Both the position numbers and the translations under genes were made by a program. The notes below the pieces were generated by a model. That model saw only the letters and a program-made list of their open reading frames with translations, was not told the origin of the DNA and ran no database searches. A stretch of 64,000 nucleotides of DNA, taken from the NCBI GenBank assembly GCA_963663165.1, contig OY760175.1, forward strand, positions 1,600,001-1,664,000, given 5' to 3'. Within the stretch, counting starts at the first letter, position 1; each line of letters opens with the position of its first letter. Source of the stretch: an uncultured Desulfospira sp. (GTDB lineage: Bacteria > Desulfobacterota > Desulfobacteria > Desulfobacterales > Desulfobacteraceae). Shown here one piece after another: positions 53,020-61,512 of the stretch.

Positions 53020-55551
53020 TTACCGGGTACTTAACTCCGGCATTCCTTCGGAAGGCTCAATGGCCTGGGGCCTGGGTTTAAAGAGCCCCACCACAATGGT
53101 AAGAATCACCACAAAGCAGTAGAATGCGGCCATCATCTGAATTCCGGTAAGCCCCAAAAGGTTTCCGCCGGTAAAAATGACGGATGCCGTGATAAAGCCC
53201 AGAAGCGTGGGAAATATAACAGAAAAGAGCATCCACTTGTATGATCCGGTCTGGACCTTAATCATGATGGTGGTGGCCAGACACGGCGGGTACATGGCAA
53301 AAAAGATCATGATGGCCAGGGCATGGAGGGGAGAAAAATCCGTTTCCCCGGCTTCGGCCCCCATCCGCTCTTCAAGGCTCTTATTTTCATCAGCCCCCTG
53401 CTGGTACAGCACACCAATGGTGGCGACACTGGACTCCCGGGCGGCAAAAGACGACAGGATGGCCACGTTGACTTTCCAGGAGAACCCGGCCCACTGGGTC
53501 AAGGGCTCCAGAGACCGTCCGATCTTCCCCATAAAGCTGGTCCGGATCTGTTCTTCCTTGATCTCCCGGCGCAGGGATTTTCGGGTGGATACCACATCTC
53601 TTAATGCCTTGTTGACTTTTTTGGCGTCCTTGTCCCCTTTGGGCTTTAAAAATTTAAAAAGATCCGGGTAGTTTTTCTCAAACCTTTCATCCAGGGCTTT
53701 TGCGGCATCTGCACCCGAAGCGGTCAGCCGGGCGGTTTTAAAGTCGTCATAGGCATTGATCAGGGATAGAAGCGTTGTGTCATCACCACTGAACTGACCG
53801 GCATAGGCAGTGGATTGAATTTTTTTGTGGAAACCGGTCACGGCCTGGTCCATTTGGGTCTGAAAATCAGCTTCCCGGTCATCGGTGAGGCCTGGAAACT
53901 GCAAAAGCGTAAACACACAGACCGAAACGGCCACCACAATAGAGCCGACCTTTTTGATATACTGCCAGGTCCGCTCAATGGCCCGCTGCCCCACCCCGAA
54001 AATGGTGGGGGGATGGTATTTGGGCAGTTCCATGACAAAGGGCGCGGTTTCCATGGTTTTAAGGACAGTGGATGTAAGCAGCCGTGCCACCAGAAGGGCC
54101 ACAAAAATGGTAAAGGTGGACAAAAAGAGCATAACCCAGGATTTATAGGGCACAAAAAACACATTGATGAGCAGGGTATAAAAGGGAATCTTGGCCAGGC
54201 AGTTCATATAGGGAACCGTTAAAATGGTAGCCATCCGGGAGCGTTCATCGGGAATCCCCTTGGTGGACATGACCCCGGGCACCGCACACCCGCCGGCAAA
54301 TACCCCGCCCAGAATATACGGCAGGGTGGACTGGCCATGCAGTCCGAATGAGTGGAACAGCCGGTCCAGGACAAAGGCGATCCGGGCCATGTACCCCGAG
54401 TCTTCCAAGATAGCAATCAAAGAAAATAAAATTAAAAAGATGGGAATATAGTTGAGCAGGGCATTGGCCGAGTCAACCATCCAAAGGCCCATGGACCGGA
54501 TATAAGGATCGTGGAGCATGCCGGCATCGGGCAGGACCCCGGCGATGATTTCCCTTATTTTGGCCAGTACCGGCCACCAGTACTGGGTTAATTCATACCC
54601 TTTGACAATGGAGAGCTGGTAGATAATAAACACCGAGGCCACCAGGAAAACCGGGGCGGCAAACCGGTTTAAAACCACCTTGTCGATCATCTCGGTGATC
54701 CTGTCCTTGCCGTCATGTTCTTCGGTGACGCAGGATTCGATGATGGAGGTGGCCAGACGGTCCCGGCACCCCACCATGTAATCGGCCACGTTCATGTAGT
54801 GGTCCTGTTCAAACTGTTCCCGGATCTCTTTGGCCGACTTGAGGATTTCATGGTCTTGACCGAATCTCTCACCAACAACCTTCCAGGCTTCGGAATCGCC
54901 TTCAATGAGCTTAACGGCCAGCCACCGGCCCGGATAGGTTTTGACAAGGTCGGTGGCGTCGATGATTCCCTGGAGGGCCGCGACCTTGGGCTCCAGGTCT
55001 TCGTAAGCGATATGGAGGGTGTTGTGTTCCCGGCGCCGGGAGGTTTCCAGAATAGCATCCCGAAGTTCGTTTTTACCTTTTCGTTTACGGCCCACCGTGG
55101 GAATCACATTGACGCCCAGGCGGTGTTCAAGCTTTTCCACATCAATGCGGGTCCCGTTTCGCTTGGCCACATCCATCATATTAAGGGCCACGACCACGGG
55201 AAAACCCATTTCCATGACCTGAAAGGTAAAATAAAGGCTTCTTTTCAAGGAGGAGGCATCCACCACATTGGCGATGACATCGGGTTTTTCCAGAATTAAA
55301 AAATCCCGGGCCACCCGTTCTTCAAGGGAAAAAGAGGTCAGGCTGTAGGTTCCGGGAAGGTCCACGACCTCCACCCGGACATCCTTGTACCGGTAGACCC
55401 CGGACTTTTTGTCCACCGTGACCCCGGGATAGTTGGCAATGTGCTGGTTGGCACCGGTAAGCATGTTAAAGGTGGTGGATTTACCAGCGTTCTGCTGGCC
55501 GGCCAGGCCGATGAGCAGACGGGTTCTTTCAGATTCAGATGATTCTGTCAT
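53020..55551 (-). CDS. feoB: ferrous iron transporter B
   Basis: GQQNAGKS, NYPGVTVD, DLPGTYSL, NMMD, LEDSGYMAR, FVMELP.Y, YPPCLAT. Confidence 0.96.
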   Translation of the reverse strand: MTESSESERTRLLIGLAGQQNAGKSTTFNMLTGANQHIANYPGVTVDKKSGVYRYKDVRVEVVDLPGTYSLTSFSLEERVARDFLILEKPDVIANVVDASSLKRSLYFTFQVMEMGFPVVVALNMMDVAKRNGTRIDVEKLEHRLGVNVIPTVGRKRKGKNELRDAILETSRRREHNTLHIAYEDLEPKVAALQGIIDATDLVKTYPGRWLAVKLIEGDSEAWKVVGERFGQDHEILKSAKEIREQFEQDHYMNVADYMVGCRDRLATSIIESCVTEEHDGKDRITEMIDKVVLNRFAAPVFLVASVFIIYQLSIVKGYELTQYWWPVLAKIREIIAGVLPDAGMLHDPYIRSMGLWMVDSANALLNYIPIFLILFSLIAILEDSGYMARIAFVLDRLFHSFGLHGQSTLPYILGGVFAGGCAVPGVMSTKGIPDERSRMATILTVPYMNCLAKIPFYTLLINVFFVPYKSWVMLFLSTFTIFVALLVARLLTSTVLKTMETAPFVMELPKYHPPTIFGVGQRAIERTWQYIKKVGSIVVAVSVCVFTLLQFPGLTDDREADFQTQMDQAVTGFHKKIQSTAYAGQFSGDDTTLLSLINAYDDFKTARLTASGADAAKALDERFEKNYPDLFKFLKPKGDKDAKKVNKALRDVVSTRKSLRREIKEEQIRTSFMGKIGRSLEPLTQWAGFSWKVNVAILSSFAARESSVATIGVLYQQGADENKSLEERMGAEAGETDFSPLHALAIMIFFAMYPPCLATTIMIKVQTGSYKWMLFSVIFPTLLGFITASVIFTGGNLLGLTGIQMMAAFYCFVVILTIVVGLFKPRPQAIEPSEGMPELSTR

Positions 55552-55608
55552 AATGATTTAAAGACCTTCCTGGAAGGGTTACACTTCACTCTTTCTTACG
55601 GCAGGGGA

Positions 55609-55872
55609 TTAATCGTCCTGATCTACTTCAATGAGAGCGGCTTCAGAACCTCTTAAAGCCACTTTGTAATTGGCCACCCGGCATTCGATTGGATCGCCTA
55701 AGGGGGCCCTTCGAATAACGTCCACTTCGGTATTTGGAACAAAGCCAAGATCAAGCAGTCGCTGGCGAATCGCCCCGTTGGCATGATGGCAGTGGATTCT
55801 GGCACGGCAACCGGGTTTTATCTGGTTCAGCATACAACAATTACCCCTGTGGCGTTTTCTTTGTCTGGTCAT
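55609..55872 (-). CDS. feoA: ferrous iron transport protein A
   Basis: RQRLLDLGFVP, RRAPLGDPI, VALR..EA; start uncertain (55872 or 55902). Confidence 0.93.
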   Translation of the reverse strand: MTRQRKRHRGNCCMLNQIKPGCRARIHCHHANGAIRQRLLDLGFVPNTEVDVIRRAPLGDPIECRVANYKVALRGSEAALIEVDQDD

Positions 55873-55984
55873 TTCTACCTCTGTAAATATATGTTGTTCC
55901 ATAAGTTATGTTTTTTACGCCAATCAAAACGAAGAGTCAATCCCTTTTTACACACATATTACTATCTTCGCCAAAAAAATATAT

Positions 55985-56000
55985 TTTAGTAAGAACTAAC
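55985..56000. promoter_or_regulatory. candidate DtxR-type operator upstream of feoAB
   Basis: TTTAGTAAGAACTAAC; perfect core, overlaps the stop codon of the upstream gene. Confidence 0.6.
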
Positions 56001-58212
56001 TCAATGCCTCAAGACGGCTTCCCATGCTATGTTCCATGAACTGCTCGGCCTCATCTCCGGACAAAGGCTTTGAAAAATAATACCCTTGTGCAAACCCGCA
56101 TTCCAGCCGGGACAACGCTGTCAGCTGATCCAAAGTTTCTACGCCTTCAGCAACACTGCTCAAGCCCAGGCTCTTTCCTAGCAGAAGGATGGATTTAACA
56201 ATTTCAAAGCTTTCTTCATTTTCGGTCAAAGAGCCGATAAAGGAACGGTCGATCTTGATCTGGTCAATGGGAAAGCGCTGAAGGTAGGACAAGGAAGAAT
56301 AACCGGTCCCAAAGTCATCAATGGCCAGGATAAACCCGGCTTCCTTCAAGGCATTGAGCTTTTCAACAGCCCATTCCCGGTGCTCCATGAGCAGGGTTTC
56401 GGTAAATTCCAGCTTGATGTCCCAGGGGTTAAGGCCATTCCGGTTAACCGCCGCCATGATCTTTTCAGAAAAATCCGCCTCAATGAACTGCTTGACGGAA
56501 ATATTGATGTTCATGGTCAGGTCAAGGGCAAACCGGTCCTTCCAAAGCGCCATCACGGTACAGGCCTGTTCGGTGATCCACTGCCCCATGGGGATGATCA
56601 GGCCCGTATCTTCGGCAATGGGAATAAACTTATCGGGCAGCACCAGCCCCTGAGTGGGGTGAGCCCACCGGACCAGGGCTTCAAACCCTTTAATATGCTG
56701 GTCTCTGGTACAGACAATGGGCTGAAAAAACAGCACCAGTTCCTCTTTTTCAATGGCCTTTCTCAACTCCTGCTCAATGGTGACCGTGGCCATCAGCCGC
56801 TCATGCATTCCCGGTGAAAAAAACTTAAACTGGGCCTTGCCCGAATCCTTTGCATGGTACATGGCAAGGTCCGCATCCCGGATCAGCTGGCCGGCATCTT
56901 CATAAGGGCGGGTGTCCATGACAATACCGATGGAGGCTGAAATATGAATGTCCCGGTTCTGGATGGGAAAGGGGGCCTCCACCGCATCCCTGATCCGTGA
57001 GGCAATCCGTGTAACCGTTTCCCGGTCATGGGTTTGGGGCAGCAGAACGGCAAACTCATCTCCCCCCAGCCGGGCCAGGGTGTCGTTGGTTCTAAGACAG
57101 TCCCGGATCCTTGCGGATACGGCCTTGAGCAGCTCATCCCCGGCCGGATGCCCCATGGTGTCATTAACGCCTTTAAACCGGTCCAGGTCTATGAGCATCA
57201 CACTGAAATAATCATCCGGGGTGGTCCCCTGCTTTGAAAGCGCATAATTCAGGCGCTCACTGAACAACAGCCGGTTGGGGATTCCGGTCAAGGCATCATG
57301 GTAGGCCTGATGCTTGAGCTGCTCTTCAAACATTTTGCGCTGGGAAATATTTTCATAAAAGACAAACACCCCCTGGACCCGCCCGTTCACCTTGACCGGG
57401 TAAGCCAGGGAACTGACCGGAATCTGAAATCCCCGCCGGTGAACGCACCGGGATTCCATGGACACGGTCTGTCCGGCCAGGGCCCGCTGGATTAAATCGT
57501 TCTGGGCTTTTTTTCTTTCCTCGCTGATAAAAAAATCCGGCCTTTCCCGGTCCATAATTTCCCGTCCCGAATACCCCAGAAGCTTTGATGCGCTGTCGTT
57601 GACATTGATGATCCGGCCATGGGTTCCCACCAGCACAATGGCATGGGGCGAATTCATGAACAGCTCCCTGAAATAAGCCTGATGCTTGTGGGCGGCGGCC
57701 TGGCGGTCCTTCAAGTCTCCGGTCATCCGGGTGACCTTGTCCTTTTCTTCCTGGAGCTGGACAATGGAATGGTTGATCCGGCAGTCCTTTTCTTCCACCA
57801 TCCGGGACAGGCGGTCCCGGTGGTGTTTGAGTTCCAAATGGGACCTGATCCGTGCCAGGGTGACTGCCGGGGTGACGGGTTTGCGGATATAGTCCACGGC
57901 CCCGACCTCAAACCCGTAAGCTTCGTCTGAATCATCGACCTTGGCCGTGACAAAGATAATGGGGATGCTTTGGGTTTTATGGTGGGATTTGAGGTGCCGG
58001 GCCACTTCATATCCGTCCATTTCCGGCATCATGATGTCCAGCAGAATCAGGGCCGGGGGTCGGTCGGATTTGGAAATCTCAAGGGCCGCCATGCCGTTGA
58101 CCGCCACGCTGACGGCATAATACTCCGACAGCATGGCCCCTAACACCTCAATATTGGCCGGGGTATCGTCCACAATCAGTATCCGGTCTCTTTCAGTGCC
58201 GCAAGTTGTCAT
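55996..58212 (-). CDS. REC-PAS-GGDEF-EAL response regulator
   Basis: IVDD..LLDIMMP..K receiver; PAS; RTND I-site plus GGDEF; EAL and DDFGTGYSS intact. Confidence 0.93.
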   Translation of the reverse strand: MTTCGTERDRILIVDDTPANIEVLGAMLSEYYAVSVAVNGMAALEISKSDRPPALILLDIMMPEMDGYEVARHLKSHHKTQSIPIIFVTAKVDDSDEAYGFEVGAVDYIRKPVTPAVTLARIRSHLELKHHRDRLSRMVEEKDCRINHSIVQLQEEKDKVTRMTGDLKDRQAAAHKHQAYFRELFMNSPHAIVLVGTHGRIINVNDSASKLLGYSGREIMDRERPDFFISEERKKAQNDLIQRALAGQTVSMESRCVHRRGFQIPVSSLAYPVKVNGRVQGVFVFYENISQRKMFEEQLKHQAYHDALTGIPNRLLFSERLNYALSKQGTTPDDYFSVMLIDLDRFKGVNDTMGHPAGDELLKAVSARIRDCLRTNDTLARLGGDEFAVLLPQTHDRETVTRIASRIRDAVEAPFPIQNRDIHISASIGIVMDTRPYEDAGQLIRDADLAMYHAKDSGKAQFKFFSPGMHERLMATVTIEQELRKAIEKEELVLFFQPIVCTRDQHIKGFEALVRWAHPTQGLVLPDKFIPIAEDTGLIIPMGQWITEQACTVMALWKDRFALDLTMNINISVKQFIEADFSEKIMAAVNRNGLNPWDIKLEFTETLLMEHREWAVEKLNALKEAGFILAIDDFGTGYSSLSYLQRFPIDQIKIDRSFIGSLTENEESFEIVKSILLLGKSLGLSSVAEGVETLDQLTALSRLECGFAQGYYFSKPLSGDEAEQFMEHSMGSRLEALS

Positions 58213-60902
58213 AAACCTTCCTTAATTTCCAAGGCCGCCACCCCGGCCTGAAACTGTTCATAAACCTGTCTGGCCTGGCCAAAATCAAACCGCTTGAGTC
58301 TGGATTCAATGGCCTGGGCCTGGCCGGACAATGGGGTGGCTGAAAATTTTACAGCCAGAAGCCTGGAATACTTTTTGGCATCCAGGCTGTTTTCATCAAT
58401 AAGCCGGCCCATTTCCCGGACCATGTCCAGGGTTTCCCGGTCCGGCAAAAAGGCCTGGGATGGGGCCTGCCCGGCCCGGTCCGATGCCGGTGCCGGTTTT
58501 TTCCCTTCCCGGTCTTTGGTAATCCGGCCGGCGGTCCGGACAATGGTCTCAAATGCGGTTTGGGCCCGGTCAAGAAGCTTATCCAGGGTGCCGTCATCCA
58601 GGGAACCATTGACCCTGTCAAGGCCGTATTCGAGTTGTTCTAGGTTTTCGGCCAGTTCATCGGCAGACAGGTTCCGGCTGACCCCTTTGAGCTTATGGAC
58701 CAGGGCCCTGGCCTCCTGGTGCCGCCCCGATAGCAGAGAATGACGAATTTTTCCAAAATTATCCCGGTTTTCTGCCACAAACTCAATCACCAGTTCATAC
58801 AGCAGGTCCATTTCCTGGTTGAGCCGGTGGGCAGCGGTTTTGACATTGATCCCGGGAAGGGCGGGCAAAGCGGCCTGTTGGCCGGGGGCCTCCCTGTCCG
58901 GCAGAGACCTTGGGGCTATCGGGCCTGCCCCCGCCACGGTAACCAGGGATAACAGGGCTTCAAACAGGCGGCCGGCCTCCACGGGTTTGGTGATATATTC
59001 GTCCATGCCCGCCTGAACCCCTTTTTGCCGGTCGTGCGCCATGGCATTGGCGGTCATGGCAATAATGGGCAGATCCTTTGCCTTGGGCAGGGCCCGGATC
59101 TGACGGGTGGCCTCATACCCGTCCATTCCCGGCATCTGGATATCCATGAGCACGGCATGGAACAACTGGCCGGATACCAGTTCAACCGCCTGGGTTCCTG
59201 AATCGGCAATGACCGGGTCAATGCCCCGGGTCCTTAAAATCTGGGCCGCCACCTTCTGGTTGACCTTGTTGTCTTCCACCAGCAAAATCCTAGCACCGGC
59301 CAGGGGGAAGGGATCGGCTTCGCCAGGGGTTAGCCCCGTATCCCGTGGATTTTCCAGGACCTCGGCAATGGCGTCATACAGCTGGGACTGCTTGACCGGT
59401 TTGGGGACCAGGGCTTTTGCCCAGGACGGTGCCCTGCCCTGCCGGCCGAACCGGCCTAATGCCACCACGGGAAAGGGCATGGGGTCAAACCAGGCCGTAT
59501 CCAGAAAGCCCGGACCTGCCGGATCCGGCAGATCCGCATCCAAAAGTGCCAGGGCAAAGGGGGTTTCCCCCTGCTCACCGGCCCTGCTCCAGGCGCTCAA
59601 GGCCTGGGAAAAGGTCCCGTGGGAAGAAACGTTGAGGCCAAAATCCGTTAAGAACCGTTCCATCACCTTTCTGGCATTTTCGTTGCCGGCCGCCAAAAGA
59701 ACCCGCCGGCCGCAAAGGGTCTCCGGAAGGACCAGACATGGAGACCCTGGTTCCACCACTTGAACGGTAAGGGAAAATGAAAAGGTTGAGCCCTTGCCTG
59801 TTTCACTTTCAACGGTTATATCCCCTCCCATGAGGTTGACGAGTTTACGTGAAATGGCAAGTCCCAGGCCGGTTCCGCCAAATTGCCGGGAAGTGGACCC
59901 GTCGGCCTGGGTAAAGGCGGAAAACAGCTTGTCCATGACCTCGGGCGCCATGCCCACTCCGGTATCCCGGACACTGAACTCCAGGACCGCTGTCTGATCA
60001 TCATGGCTCACCACCGCCGCCCGGACACAAATCTCCCCTTCCCGGGTGAATTTAACGGCATTGGATATGAGGTTGACCAGGACCTGGCGCAGCCTCATGG
60101 GATCACTTAAAATTTTGGCCGGAAGGGCCGGGTCAAGGTCCAGGATAAATTCCACATTTGAATCAGCGGCCTGGTGGCGGAACATGTCCGTGATCTCCTC
60201 GAACAGGGCCTTGAGATTCACGGCAATTTTTTCAATGTCCAGCCTTCCTGCATCCATCTTGGAAAAATCCAGGATATCGTTGAGGATGTTGAGCAACGCC
60301 TTGGATGACGAGTTGATAATGGTCAGCTGTTCTTTCTGGGAAGGGGTCAGATCCGCTTGAAGAACCAGATCGCTCATACCGATCACCGCGTTCATGGGGG
60401 TCCGGATTTCATGGCTCATGGTGGCCAGAAACTGGCTTTTGGCACGGGCTGAGGCATTGGCCTCGTCCCGTGCCTTGATCAGGGCCTGGTTGGTTTCTTC
60501 AAGGTCCCGGGTCCGCTGGGCCACCCGTTTTTCCAAATCCATTTCCCGGGCTTCAATCTGATGGACCATCCAGTTCATGTTCCGCTTCAGCCCGGCCATT
60601 TCATCTTCATCTTCCCTGAGGGCCGGCTCATTGCCAAGGTCAAAATAGGTATACACCCCTTTTTTAATGCCGTCACACATGCGGTCAATTTCACGCATCC
60701 GGTCTAAAAACAGCCAGTTCAACCCCATCATCAGGGGGGAACAGGCCACCACAAGGGTCATCAACGTGATGCACAGGATCAGGCCGGCCTGAAATCCCGA
60801 ATCCAGGAACAGGGGAGAATCCTTGACAAAAAATAAAATTATCCCCAGGGGGACCGCCATGTAAAGGGCAATGACCAACCTGAATTTTGATCTGATTTTC
60901 AT
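58209..60902 (-). CDS. membrane hybrid sensor histidine kinase (HAMP-HisKA-HATPase-REC-HPt)
   Basis: Two TMs, SHEIRTP, NLISNAVKFT, DTGVG, GGTGLGL, LMDIQMP, HKLKG HPt. Confidence 0.93.
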   Translation of the reverse strand: MKIRSKFRLVIALYMAVPLGIILFFVKDSPLFLDSGFQAGLILCITLMTLVVACSPLMMGLNWLFLDRMREIDRMCDGIKKGVYTYFDLGNEPALREDEDEMAGLKRNMNWMVHQIEAREMDLEKRVAQRTRDLEETNQALIKARDEANASARAKSQFLATMSHEIRTPMNAVIGMSDLVLQADLTPSQKEQLTIINSSSKALLNILNDILDFSKMDAGRLDIEKIAVNLKALFEEITDMFRHQAADSNVEFILDLDPALPAKILSDPMRLRQVLVNLISNAVKFTREGEICVRAAVVSHDDQTAVLEFSVRDTGVGMAPEVMDKLFSAFTQADGSTSRQFGGTGLGLAISRKLVNLMGGDITVESETGKGSTFSFSLTVQVVEPGSPCLVLPETLCGRRVLLAAGNENARKVMERFLTDFGLNVSSHGTFSQALSAWSRAGEQGETPFALALLDADLPDPAGPGFLDTAWFDPMPFPVVALGRFGRQGRAPSWAKALVPKPVKQSQLYDAIAEVLENPRDTGLTPGEADPFPLAGARILLVEDNKVNQKVAAQILRTRGIDPVIADSGTQAVELVSGQLFHAVLMDIQMPGMDGYEATRQIRALPKAKDLPIIAMTANAMAHDRQKGVQAGMDEYITKPVEAGRLFEALLSLVTVAGAGPIAPRSLPDREAPGQQAALPALPGINVKTAAHRLNQEMDLLYELVIEFVAENRDNFGKIRHSLLSGRHQEARALVHKLKGVSRNLSADELAENLEQLEYGLDRVNGSLDDGTLDKLLDRAQTAFETIVRTAGRITKDREGKKPAPASDRAGQAPSQAFLPDRETLDMVREMGRLIDENSLDAKKYSRLLAVKFSATPLSGQAQAIESRLKRFDFGQARQVYEQFQAGVAALEIKEGL

Positions 60903-60923
60903 TGCAGCAACCCGCCCCTGGAC

Positions 60924-61304
60924 CTAAGACCGCTTAGACGAGGTCTGGCCGCAGGTACAACTCCGGCACTTGCCGGTGCATTCATGGGCCTCCAGGGTCA
61001 TGGAACACCCTTCCGGGGCCAGGTCCCCGGCACAGGGGCCTGAAAAATGCAGGCAGGCCCGGTGGCGGTTTTTAGGGAGCCTTGCTTCAAGGACGGCCTT
61101 GCCAAAGGGCAGGGTCCGGGTCACGGCGTTGGTGTCAATGAAGATATGCCGGATCGGATTTTTTTCTTGTTTCATGTCCGAATCCATTTGCCTTTCAATA
61201 CAGTTAACCAGTTCATGGGCTGAAGAGCCGTCAAACACACCTTGCAAATCCAAGTGAAGGCCGTTTTCCCGAAAAGAGGCTTTGATATTGAAGCTCATCC
61301 GCAT
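60924..61304 (-). CDS. STAS-like protein with Cys-rich tail
   Basis: LHLDLQGVFDGSSA.EL, IFIDT..V; C-terminal HECTGKCRSCTC. Confidence 0.65.
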   Translation of the reverse strand: MRMSFNIKASFRENGLHLDLQGVFDGSSAHELVNCIERQMDSDMKQEKNPIRHIFIDTNAVTRTLPFGKAVLEARLPKNRHRACLHFSGPCAGDLAPEGCSMTLEAHECTGKCRSCTCGQTSSKRS

Positions 61305-61512
61305 TCTTTTTTAAGTTTGGGTTGACTTATCTTTTTCGATAACTTAAATATCGAGATCCGGCTTGCTTGTCAAGCCAAAAATCGAAATCCATACCAAAAA
61401 TGGCTGATTCATTTCACTTAGAGTTTACATCGACCATAAAATAAGATATAGGCTTTAAAGTTATCTTAAGCTTATCAAAATATCCATGACATATAATAAA
61501 GAGGAGATACCC

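Noticed and set aside
52755..53122. Short ORFs downstream of feoB
   Set aside because: They start in or cross the feoB terminator and a repeat remnant; no RBS.
37844..55902. Magnetosome island (MamC-like genes plus feoAB)
   Set aside because: No mamA/B/E/K/M/O/P/Q-like genes in the window; the DYSC ATPase points to a ferrosome-type cluster instead.
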